DNA of 64,000 nucleotides from NCBI RefSeq assembly GCF_032062105.1, contig NW_026930622.1:310001-374000 (forward strand), given 5' to 3'. Shown here one piece after another: positions 48,399 to 60,700 of this stretch. The notes beneath the pieces were generated by a model. That model was not told the origin of the DNA, did not search any database, and saw only the letters and a list, made by a program, of their open reading frames with translations. The stretch is from Saccostrea cucullata (lineage: Eukaryota). The position numbers and the translations under genes were made by a program. Each line of letters starts with the position of its first letter. Position 1 is the stretch's first letter.

Positions 48399-50399
48399 TA
48401 TATGAATGTGTATTGATTTTGGAGGGTGCATGTTTGTACAAAAAGTTCTTTTCAACATACGTACATTTTCAGTAGAGAATGTGAATTCCTTCCTATTTTT
48501 CTCATTTAAAATATAAATGTTTTACATGCACTTCTTAATGATGATAGCAATCAATGTAATACTCTTGATGAAATGTGTCTATCACAGTGACACATCTATC
48601 AGATACACAGCTGAGAATTTACCGATATTGATGATGCATGCTTCATAAATACTCCTGATCAATGATTTTGATGAGATTATATCCGTCAACTCAACTTTCC
48701 AGTGATTATACTACTGAGTGAAATTTAACGAACAAAAAACTTTCACAGAATCTTTATTACATAGATCCACACATTGCCATTGTGCACCTGCTTTTCTATT
48801 TTACTTTTTAATCTGACTGGGGTATATTTTGGATTTTCCATAACAAAACATGGACATTCAAAGATTTAATGCTATATGATATTCATATGGGGCCATAAAA
48901 ATTTACAATTTTGGGAGGCATTCTTGTTCATCATAACTATGTACGTTAGTTTATTTAATACTTTGGAGCAGAGAAGAAGATTTTCAAAGAATCATGCTCA
49001 CAGTACATATCTATGTACTTGGTTAGTTTATTTAATAAAGAGCAGAGAAGAAGATTTTCAAAGAAATAAATGTGCACATGGCAACAATTTTGGAGGGTCA
49101 GTGCTGATTACAATCACCACTTAATGAAGAGATATCATTAATTTAAGTGGTTTTGGTAGAGGACATGAAATTCACAATTTGTGATTCAGGGATCTGGCCA
49201 AATTTTTGAAATTTTGAAGCTGCAAAATTCTGGCATCACAATTCTTTGTACATTACTGCATTGTTACAACTTAAAAAGGAAGAACTATAATTTCTACAAA
49301 AAATTCAGCTTTATTAAGAGTTACTAGTGATTGAATAAATATGTTTTTAGCAAATGTTATCAGATATATATTCATAGTTATTATATTTTATGGAATTACA
49401 ATGAGTGTTACTGTGAAGCACATTGATTTCATGGCTGGTGACTGGAATAAAAATGGACAAGTCCAGGGTACTTTTATATGTTGGGAGAGATTGTCAAGTT
49501 TATACAGTTACAGACATATGACAGGCCAGCATTCCTAACCCTGGCCACCATTCCAAAATTTTCATAGAACAGTGTGACTGCATAGTCATACATAAAGTCA
49601 TTGAAAGCAGTCCATTAAACTAACAAAAAGTAGTGCATATACTCAAATTGTTTACATAAATGTAGACTCCTGTAATTATACCCCCCGCTTGAAAAGTGGG
49701 AGGTTAAAGTCATTAGTCCATTAAACTAACAAAAAATAGTGCATATAGTCAAATTGTTTACCGTCTGTCTAGCTGTACGTTCATCCGTCTGTCTGTTACG
49801 CTTTGTGGTACCCATCTCTTATCCACAACTCCTCTTAATTACCACTGAGCGAAAATTTAATGAAACTTTCACAGAATCTTTATTACATATTGCCATTGTG
49901 ACCTCCTATTTTACTTTTTGATCCAACACGTAATTTGGGTTTCTAAGCCACAGCAAAACATAGACTTTGCCATTGTAACCATATGGAAGGCCTGGGGTAT
50001 CATTAAGTGACCTCTTTGCTCACAGTACCTCTAGTTTTGTTTCAAATCAGACTTTTAAGTTAGATTTTTCTTTGTGTCTTGCTTTATGTCACTTCAGAAT
50101 ATTTTACTCATGATGGGATACCAGTGGTTGCTGGTGAAAGGTTGCTATTTGGACTATATATTAAGTGATCATTTAGCAGCTAGAGATCTTTTTCGTGCCA
50201 ACACTTAGTGTAACACAGTTCCTCAGCACAATAAGTTTCATCCAAAGGAGTAGCCCCATGCCTGCAATGGAATTCATGAACCCCCAACCATACTCATCTA
50301 CATTGAACCAAATCCTTTTCCTCAAACCACTCACAGTGCCACGAATGCCATGGAAGACTTATTCGAATTTTTTTTTAATATACTCAAAGTGCATTGTTT

Positions 50400-50690
50400 T
50401 GTTTGTTGCTTAAATTAACATCCTTCTTGAGAATCTTTCACTCATATGGAGATGCCACCACTTGGGTGTGGAGGGCTGTGTTTTTATACCTTTATACTCA
50501 GCACTTAGGCCATTGAACAGTGAGGGATCTTTTACATGCCCGCACCTACTGGGACCTCAGTTTATAGGTCTCATCCAACAGACCAGTCTCCATGTTCCCA
50601 AGTGGATTTGAACCTGTGACATAGGTATCAGGCTCTTTATAGTCTCAACACAAGAGGGACACTCTAACCACTGTACAAGGTGGGTGACCA
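50400..50690 (-). mobile_element. Degenerate copy of the SINE at 15295-15640 (a still older copy lies at ~50080-50340)
   Basis: GAGAATCTTTCACTCATATGGAGA, GGCCATTGAACAGTGAGGGATCTT and GGTCTCATCC are shared with the intact copy. Confidence 0.7.
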
Positions 50691-51772
50691 TAGTGTATCG
50701 AACTTAAAAGGAGAAAAAAAATCCACCTCCCATGATTTTAACAATTATTTTTTTTTAAAGAATCGGGGAGCTGAGATGCTAAGATGATGTGGACTAGGGC
50801 TATAACAATATACCGATATACCAGTATATTGCAATACAAAAAATTGTATCAAATAGCAATACAAAAATTGTGCAAGTCATCTTATATTATGACATATAAC
50901 ATTTTAAGCAAAGTCTGCTATTTTCAATTTCCTAATGAATGCAATTTATTTACTTATCTTGTTTTTATTGAGGTCAGGGTTTAATAAATGGTATGTAAAT
51001 TCTGAATTGAAGAAGTACTTTTCACCTTCTATACAGAGAATTTCAAATTTTAGAATAGACACACACAAATTACATAGAAAATAGTGCTTTGATTGACCAA
51101 GCTCATGCAGAAAAATATGATCTGTCATTTTACAAAAGCCTACTTGTAGATGAATAGCTAGTATATATTGTAAGTTTTTAACAATAGACCATTATTATAA
51201 AGACATAAAAATTAAGTGCAAGCAAGAACATTGTCTTTGTAAGTACAGGACTTATTATTTTTTTTGGATGCATTTTTTACTGCGACAGCTGCAACATTAA
51301 TTTCCATACTAACAACCAAAGAAAGCATTTATTGTTTAAATAAACCTACTGTGTAAATATCAATACAACACTATTTTAAATTTTATCGTATGTTGTTCTG
51401 AGGTTGAAAAATTGTTTTTTATTGATATTGTATCATGCTTAACACAAGTTATTCAGTATTCAGCTAGTTTATCAATATTATTCATATAATTGAACAAATG
51501 TTTCAGACTAGCTACTGGAAATAAATGCATGCTCTGAGATTATTGTAATAACTCGTTTGTGAATGCCATACACCCATGGAACAATAACTATATACTAATT
51601 CAAATAAATAGTTAATTTGCACTAATGCCTATGGATGTGAACTGTAAGGAACGTTTGACAAATCTGTCATTTTTTCTCTCATAAGTTTTTTTTTTCTTGC
51701 ATGTTGTGAATCCATTCTGATTGAGACACATTGATTTCTTACTAATGTAGAATGACCTAAACTTTGTGCATC

Positions 51773-54700
51773 ATGAGTGAGAAGAAAGGGCTGAATGGAG
51801 CAGTTAAGGCATACGATGGATACGGCAGCGTCGACAAGTACTCCGAGGATAAAGTCCGCATCCTAGCGGAGGAGGAGGCGGTAAGTGTTGGAATATTATT
51901 TTTGGTGCAACTCCAGTATCAACTCGATCTTCAAACAGTTTAGCAATTATACTCATTTTTTTTTCTAAGAAAATGAGCAGCATTTAAACCCTCATAAAGC
52001 TTGTCAATCCTATAAGTCTAAGATTATCTCTTTTATATAAGGGTATGATATTGCAGTATAGTGGGATATTGTTTTGTTGTGGATTAATGTTGTGTTTATC
52101 GAACAACAGTTCATTGATTAAACTGTCAAACACAGGCTTCCTTTGTTAACAGTTTGTGGCAATAAGTGTAACATGTTCATGTCATTGCAATTTCCTCGTC
52201 TCAGTCAAATAATTTTATCAATACATTATTAAGTTAATATGAGTAAACTTAATTCAAAGATAATGCTCAAATCTTGGCAAATTAAATTTTTGAACTCATC
52301 AGAAATATACTGGTTCTTGCCTTACTTTAACCCTTCTTCTCATCCTATTTATTATGACTTATTTAGTATTTCATTCTTATGAAGAATTAAATTAATATAA
52401 TATATGGAGATTAAGGAACAGTATAATCAAACTCAAAAGCTTACAAAAACAATTTAATACAAATCAGGGGCAGAGCAAACATGTTACCTCCAAAACATTA
52501 GTGGTGGAATCAGGTGTCATGTAAGAGTGAGCATCCCCTGCCAACCGGTCACACTCGCTGTGTGCTCCTTGTCATGATCAGGAAAAAAATGAAAAATCTG
52601 TCAACAATTTAAGTGTGTGAACAATAGCCTAACAATAAATATGAAAAATTCAGTCAGCATTTGACTTCATTTTAAATTTTATTTGCTATGAAAGTCATTT
52701 TATTGATCTGCATCGAAGGACTTACAAAATGATGACTTTAAGCAAGACTGTTGATATTCTTGTTTCATCAACATGTTTGTCAGTAACTTACCTCATTTTA
52801 GAAATTGTTCATACATAAAGCATACTCTTTGGTATCGAATCAACTGAGAGATATAAACTCCAAATGCAGTGATAGGGGTATATCGATTGCTGCATGAGTA
52901 AGGGAAGTTGATGATTGAAAAGCTAGTCACCATATTTATCATAGCCTAGGGCTTTGTTTGAGTAACAACTTTTTCTAGTAAAATATCTAAGTATGAAACA
53001 GACTTAATTGCCTAAAATGCTTCCATTCCCTCTAGTTGTGGATAAATCATGATAATCATACAATAATAATATAATTCCCTGCCTACTTGAAGTTTCCATG
53101 ATATGTTTATCTAATATAGTAAAATGTAAACCATTCCTACAGGGTTTAGGGTGGACATTTTATGTGATCAGATCATTTTATACCCGTAATACATATATAT
53201 ACATTTCATATTAATCATTTTAGTTAATATTAATAGTGAACTTATTTGGGCATGGACACAGTTTCAACTGAATTTTTAAAACCAATTTTTATTTTTACAA
53301 TTCCTACCAAAGGCATCATCTAATGCTTAGCAAAAATTGGCATCATCTAATGATTAGCAAAAATTTGAACATCATTTGTAGATTAACAACAAAGCAATAG
53401 AAACTGGTACTCTGCAATAATGAGTACTCGCACATTAACTGTATCTAAATCATTAATTTGAATTGCATAAATAAATTACAACTTATTAAAACACAAAAAA
53501 GAAAACAGGAAAAATTGACAAAAAACACATTTCAATGATCAAACACAAGAAACAATCAAAGAGAATTTTCCCTTTCTTCCGGTGGGGGGGGGGGGGGGGG
53601 GGTTAACTAAGAAAATTAGAAATTAAACCTTTTAAATAGGGAAATAGTAATTCCAAGGAAATTTAAATAATTCGTCCAAGATAAAATAATTCCATTTTCT
53701 TGTGTAATTTCACATTTGTTTAAGTATTAGTTATCCAGTGTGTGTTGAAATGGGAATCTAGCATAAAGCACTGCAAGAGTTGCAAAGTTAATGTACATTG
53801 TACATCATTTTTAAACAAGTGGCATAAAGTGAGTACAAAATCGAACAAATATAGACACTCTATCTAACGGTAACCCATAATTAATAAAAAAAAAAAAAGA
53901 AAGAAACTTTGATAACAACCACTACAAAAGTACCATGCATAGTTGATTGACTTATAAGATCTAAGATCTTGATCATGTTTGTTAGTGCTGTGAACATAAT
54001 TGTTATCTGAGAGAATGTGAACATCCTGTTAAAGAAAAAAATATATATAGACTTAAAGAAAAAATCCTAAAGTATCTGTTATAGGATATACAGTTACAAC
54101 CAGTTAACCATGCTTACCCAGTACTATGTCCGAGATTTTGATTGGAAGAAGTTCGAAATTCCTCGAACAGAATCGATGTCGTCATTCATGTATAATTTAT
54201 GGTCCATATGCATGTGGGGAACATGCAAATCCTTATCTGGGGCTGCATAACTCTAGTAGAAAAATATAAATAGTCTTTCTACAATATAGCCTAAATATTC
54301 TAGATCTAGTTCGAGTAAACTCGTATGGACGAAGAAGAGGAAGACATGTGTGAAACGTCATACCTGTTGCAACGTAGTGCACAAAAACGTCATTTGTCAA
54401 ATTTCACAACATGAAATTTCACTGAGTTTATCACGGGAATTTGTGATATTTGATGCCTCAACAACATTTCCATTTTCGAATCGCCAACGGACTGAATAAG
54501 GCTTATTACATTAGGATCATGCATTTTAACAATCGTCTGATTGTCTGTTCGAAAGAAACGAGTCCTTCCTCTTCAACTGTTGTTAAGAAGTCGTGGTGCA
54601 AGAACTCTCATCCTAACATCATAAAACAAGACAGCAACAGCGCTTCCCACCTTAGTCAAGTTGGTGATCATGTATTGGATATTGAAAGTTGCTTATAGTT

Positions 54701-57700
54701 ATAGAAGTGTATCAATTTCTTAGCCTTTGTAGTGCCTTTTTTTTTGGGGGGGGGGGGGGAGTTTAGCGGTGTATCGTAGACTCACAACATTTTACACTGT
54801 TTTAGCCTATGTGTCATGGTCACGATAATTTCGTCTATTAAAAACTCACGTTGAAAGTTGCAAAACAAGATTTTTAATCTGGAAATGTCTGCATTCTTGT
54901 GAGACGTTGATGCGATCGTGCAAAGCATATCCGGATGATTTCCATGATTACATGTTCGTCTTTTCTTTAGAGAAGTGGACAGGTTTTAAGAGATAACCAC
55001 AGGCATTTTATCAATCGGTCGCTAAATTAGCTAAATATCGAAAAACTCTACCCCCTCTATATATAAATACACAAGGTGTATAGTTTATAGAGGGGTAGAA
55101 TTTTTCGATTTTTAGCTAATTTAGCGACCGATTTATAAGAATTCAGGTTGCTATGCGATAACCTTTTCGCACTGAGTGAGTCTTCTCCCGTTCGCCCTCA
55201 GTGGATTCGACCTGCAGGGTTTTCTTAAAACAAAAAGCATAATTTATTTCAGCAAAAGTCATTTGATCAGTAGGTGTTTACATTTATTTAAATACATGAA
55301 ATTGGTATACTGTACATCATCATGATTACCGCTATATTGATTTATTAAGTTTGTATCTAAAATATCACATAAGCCAATCGCGATTGATCATCGTCATGAA
55401 ATAAAAAAAAAATCTGAATTATTCCAAATATTTACAAGTATGCTCTTGATTCCTCAAATCCACATGCTACAGTCCCGCCTCTGTCCCTGTCTTGCCCCGA
55501 ACGTGATATTTTTTAACCGCGCCTTTCGATTTATGTAGAAATAAGTTATATTTACTATAAATATGTATAATTTTATCTCAGACAAAAACAATGGAAATGT
55601 AAATATAATCAAATACAGTGTAATATGTACCGGTCGCTTTGGATTCATGAAAAACGTTTCCCATACCATACACGCAAGAGCGACAAACACAGAACATTCA
55701 TTTGATGATGTGTCAACATGGTCAAAGCAAAGTCCACTAATGCAAAGATTTCTGGTTTTCACAAGTAAAACCGCTGGAGGCAAAAGCACTTGGAGCAAAC
55801 ATGTGATCGTGGCGAACTCACTCGTTACCATAGAAATCTCCCCCCCCCCCCCCAGTTTCTATCGACGTTAATAGGAGAGAAAACGTGGGTAGTAGGAAAA
55901 CGGATTGTTCCGTTGTGAAACTAATACATGTAGTAATGGAGTTTTAAACTGAAGAATGCCAAGTAATATATAATAATATATAATAATAATATATAATAAT
56001 AATATGTAATTATATATAAGTTGAATACTCAATCGATCATAAAGGCCCATCCACAATCAAAAACTTCAATTTCCAATCTATTTGCACATTTATTACAATA
56101 AATTAATTAAACTTTCATAAGCGTGGGAACAATCTCGCTATGACATTGAAGAAGAAATGAGCAATGTCATTTTATTTACAAGCCCATGCAGTCTTGAACG
56201 GTATTGGCTTGAACATTCTCTTTAAACATTCTTGGATTGTGAAGTTTTTATGACCTCGATCATTTGTTGAAACGGTAGTGAAATTTTACTGCGTATAAGT
56301 CGACAGTGCAAAATTGTGAGTTTTTATCACACTAGTTATATGTTCATTCTAGAAAAAATTTTTTTTTAATTAATCCTGCCTAAATCAGTTTCTACATCGT
56401 CGGAAACTCACGGGTGATCTCGTCTTTACTTATCACAAGTATAGACGAGATCACCCGTGGGTTTCCGACGATGCAGTTTCTATAGCGATGATGCATTTTG
56501 TATATTTTATGTATACTGCCATGATTAACTTTTGGAGCCTTTTAAAGGGGTATTTCAAATAACTTCCAAATTACAACTTTTAACAGTTTTTTTTTAAGTT
56601 AAAAAAATCGACTAATGAAATTTACTGTTTAGATTATGTATGAGTTACTTTCTATCAAATACCGGTTCCTTGCAACGCGTATACATACAACGGGTTATAT
56701 TAAGCGACTGACAAATTTTAGCGGTTTTATCGTAAAAGGGGAATATTCCATTTAGCGCATTAATATTGAATTTTAGTGATTTTGAGTTTAAGGCTGTTTT
56801 TTTATGGCAGTGTTTGTGATTTTGATTAAAATATAAGCGAATCTTAGCGTTGCCAAGAACGTCGCGTATGGCGCCTACATTTGATGAATGCGGATAGATA
56901 TAATTTCAGGATTGTTGAAGCAAAATTAAAACAAATCCCGACAAACTGACCTTTTACATATATTTTTCAGTTGACTTTGACCTTTGACCAGAAATGAAAA
57001 GGAATTGTTACCTGGAGGTTTTTAAGAAAAAAAACTGACGTGTTCCAAGACTTGTGATGTACCAGAAATATTATCATTATATACGTATTTGATAGCTGCT
57101 TAATAAGCACTAATTTCATGTCTGATGGACATTTTGCAGTTTTAATTTAAAAAGTTCTATGAATTTCTAAAGAAAAACATCTAGCTTGTGTGCCTATCTG
57201 AGTCATAAAAATTCAACACTGTCATTTGTTTATGTTTAAACAATGTTAAACCTTATAATAATCCTAAGCCTGCTTCTTCCAGGGCTGCCTTCAAGGAAAT
57301 GATTACTTGAGATGCAACATGAATGAAAACATTCAAACATTGATGTTATAACAATATCTTCAGTCATTTAAGTACATAAATATTTTGAAGAGTGTATACA
57401 TGTACAGCTTCAAATACATGTATATATGTAAGGTGATTAATAGGTACACTGTTTATATATTTTTCTATTGAAGGATAATTTATGCAGATATGGTATGTTT
57501 GTATAATTTTATATGATTGTATATAGTTCTTAACTCTTTTATAATTGTATCTGTCAAGCTGTGCATACTGAACTGATATAATTTTTTTCAGAGCTCTGAT
57601 GGAGGGATTCACATGTCAGGTTTGGAGGGGGGCAGGAGTGACCGGTTCCATGCAACTTGTTACTTCAGTGATGGAAAGAGACAGATAGGTAATATTGTAT

Positions 57701-60700
57701 GAAAAATAATTATGAGTTTATGGTACTTATAGTCTTATTTCAATTAAAATTTAATCAATGTAATGATTCAGTCTACCTGTAGATGAGAAGAACTTGTAAG
57801 TTGCAAGAACTTGTTTCTGACCCTTTTATGTTTAACAATAAAATATGTTAAAATCAAAACCTGTATATGAGAATTTTATACATATATCTTGTTAGCTGTA
57901 GAACTGTAGCATCATGGTTTTATATATTAGGACCATGTCAAAGACTAATATATAAAACCATGACGATACAGATCTGCATCTTGTATTTTATCAATACAAT
58001 TGTTTATTATAATACCCCACGCAACAAGTTGCAGGAGGTATAATGTTTTTGACCCGTCCATCCGTCAGTCAATCCATCAGTCCTATTTTATTTGTCAGTG
58101 CAACTCCTCATTTTTCGTCAAACCTTGCAGATATTTAGGACACAATGTGTAGATGTGCATATTACCAGGAAATTCTGATTCCTTTATTTTTTTCGGGAAT
58201 TTTGGCACTTTTCAACGTAGATTTTTGGCCATACCTTGAATACAGAGATGAACAATTTGTCAGCACAACTCTTAAATTCATAAACCGCTGCACAGAATTT
58301 GGTCAAACTTTGCACATACTTAGGACACATTGTGTAGATGTGCATATTACAAATGTACCAGGAAATTCCGATTCCTTTTTTTCAGGAATTTCAGCATTTT
58401 TCAACTTGGATTTTTTGGCCATACCTTAAATACAGAGGTGAACAGTTTGTCAGCGCAACTGCTCATAAACCGCTGCACAGAATTTTGTTAAACTTTGCAG
58501 ATATTTAGTACACAGTGTGTAGATGTACATATTCCCAAAAAACTCCATTTCCTGTATTTCTCTGGGCATTTCGGAACTTTTCAACTTAGATTTTTGGCCA
58601 TGTCTTGAGCATAGAGATGAACAGTTTGTCAGTGTAACTCCTCATAAACAGCTGCACAGATTTTTGTCAAACTTTGCAGACATTTAGGACTCAATATGTA
58701 GATGTGCATCAGGAAATTCCAATTGCTTAATTTTTTTCGGGATTTTCGGCACCTTTAATTTTGGGTGAGCGTGGGGTATGTGAGCTTGCTCACTTTTTCT
58801 TTAATCATTCATTTTGTATAGACTATAGAGTAATGTGCAATTTTTACAACTTTAAATGAATGGATAGTTTAAAAATAAAGTATGAGTCACAGTAACTCTG
58901 GTAGATAAAACTTGGTAACAATTGCTCTTGGTTCTAACAGAACCAGAATGGAATATATCTGTTGTAAATTTAAATCCTGATTTTGCCAAAGTCCTTTACC
59001 TTTATTAACACAGATTTCATACTGGTTTATGAGGAAGAATTAGACCAAGCAAAGAAAAAATCACAAGGGGAGGCGACCAACATTGAAAAATGGAGAGCAA
59101 AGTTTATGGTCAATCTGAAGAAAAATGGACTAGATTTAGAGGAGGTATTTATATTAAATTGTCTGTCTGACCATTTGACATGCATTTTGATACAACTAAA
59201 TTAATTTATAATTAACTAAGGTAAAATTTAACAGTAATATTGAGCAGAATTATATTTCTGCAAAATATTAAGCTGAAGCATGCATGCTAATAATAAAATG
59301 CATCAACATGCAGTATTAGATTTGGCTTGAAGTTTTGAACTACACAATATAGCTTATAATCATTTGGATATTTTTTGGATAATTTCACTTTCTCTTTCTC
59401 TGAATTTAGCATTTTTAGATTGTAATTGTAGTAATATGCTAAAAGTTGTCACCACTTAGTTATTACCAAATATGTTATGTAGATAGGCAATACTAATGAT
59501 TGACAAAAATAGAACAGCTAGCTGCATCAGCAGATATAAAAAAATTTTTTGGCAAATATATTTGATTAATGTCTCAAAAACCTGTCTCGGTAAAACTTGG
59601 AAATAGCCAAGTCCTGGGGGCTTGTGAATGCACTTTGCTGTCAGTAATTTTTCATTTTTGTACATAGGTATATCAAAATCAATGAAATTCAAATTTTTAA
59701 AAGAATGTATTGAATATTTTTTTAAATATTGTTCACAATCTTCTTAACCTTAAATTGCAACTCTACAATATTATTTTGTGTCAGAAGCTATATTCAGAAC
59801 TGCAAGATGTGAGAAGATTTCACACACCAAATACTAAAGTACATGCACTCTCCTCTGATAACTAATTACTAAGCAGTCTTTTTATACATGGACTAAAAAT
59901 GTTGTTTTATAGAAACTTGTAAAGGATATACAACTGTACTCCTTTCATTCATTTTATTCCTCTATGGTTACCAAGTTGAAAGATTAATCAAATTTGATGC
60001 AGGAAAAAATATATACAGTACATATATCGCTTTGAGATGATGATTTTATCAGCATTCAATTAGCACAAACAAACACATACTCCAGGAATAGCAAGATTAA
60101 TTCAGATTAGTATTGATGATACAGCTGCAGGCATTTCTAAAAGTACCAGTACTCCTATCTGAAGTCACTTTATTGTGAAATCTTAAACATTTGACAATTT
60201 ATTTATTTTTTTAATGTTTTCCATAAAAATTTTTTTTTCATATTTTTAAACAATTTTTTAAACATCTGCTCAGACCCCACTTTATTTTTATCTGCCACCA
60301 TGAATATGGTCGTAGTATAAAGCATTTGTTATGTCTGTCTTCCATCCTTTAAATTTTACTTTCTGTCATAAGGCAGGTTGCAGGTTTTCTTTTGTTATTA
60401 ATTTTGGTACGTAATTATAACATACCAACAGGCTGACGGACAAAATGATACCTGTATACATGTACCCCTCACCCCCAACATCCCCAAAACTTCCTCACTG
60501 ATCATAAGCAATATGTGTGAAATGGAAACTCACTAAGTTTATTCATAAAAAGATATAGACAGGACACAAGTTATGACTTTTTCTTCCATTGACCTTGAAT
60601 TTGCCTAAATGACCTTGGGTGACCATAATTCAAGTTTGGTCCATATCTTTCTTATGGATAAACTTGGTGAGTTCCCAATTTATTCAAAGATTGTTTATGA

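Noticed and set aside
25263-55853. Scattered poly-G/poly-C runs as a functional G-quadruplex system
   Set aside because: They are mostly embedded in repeats, show no positional pattern relative to genes, and homopolymer lengths are unreliable in assemblies.
54450-55871. ORFs of 82-125 aa in the anoctamin intron as transposase or nested gene
   Set aside because: No recognisable domain motifs; the region appears to be decayed repeat sequence.
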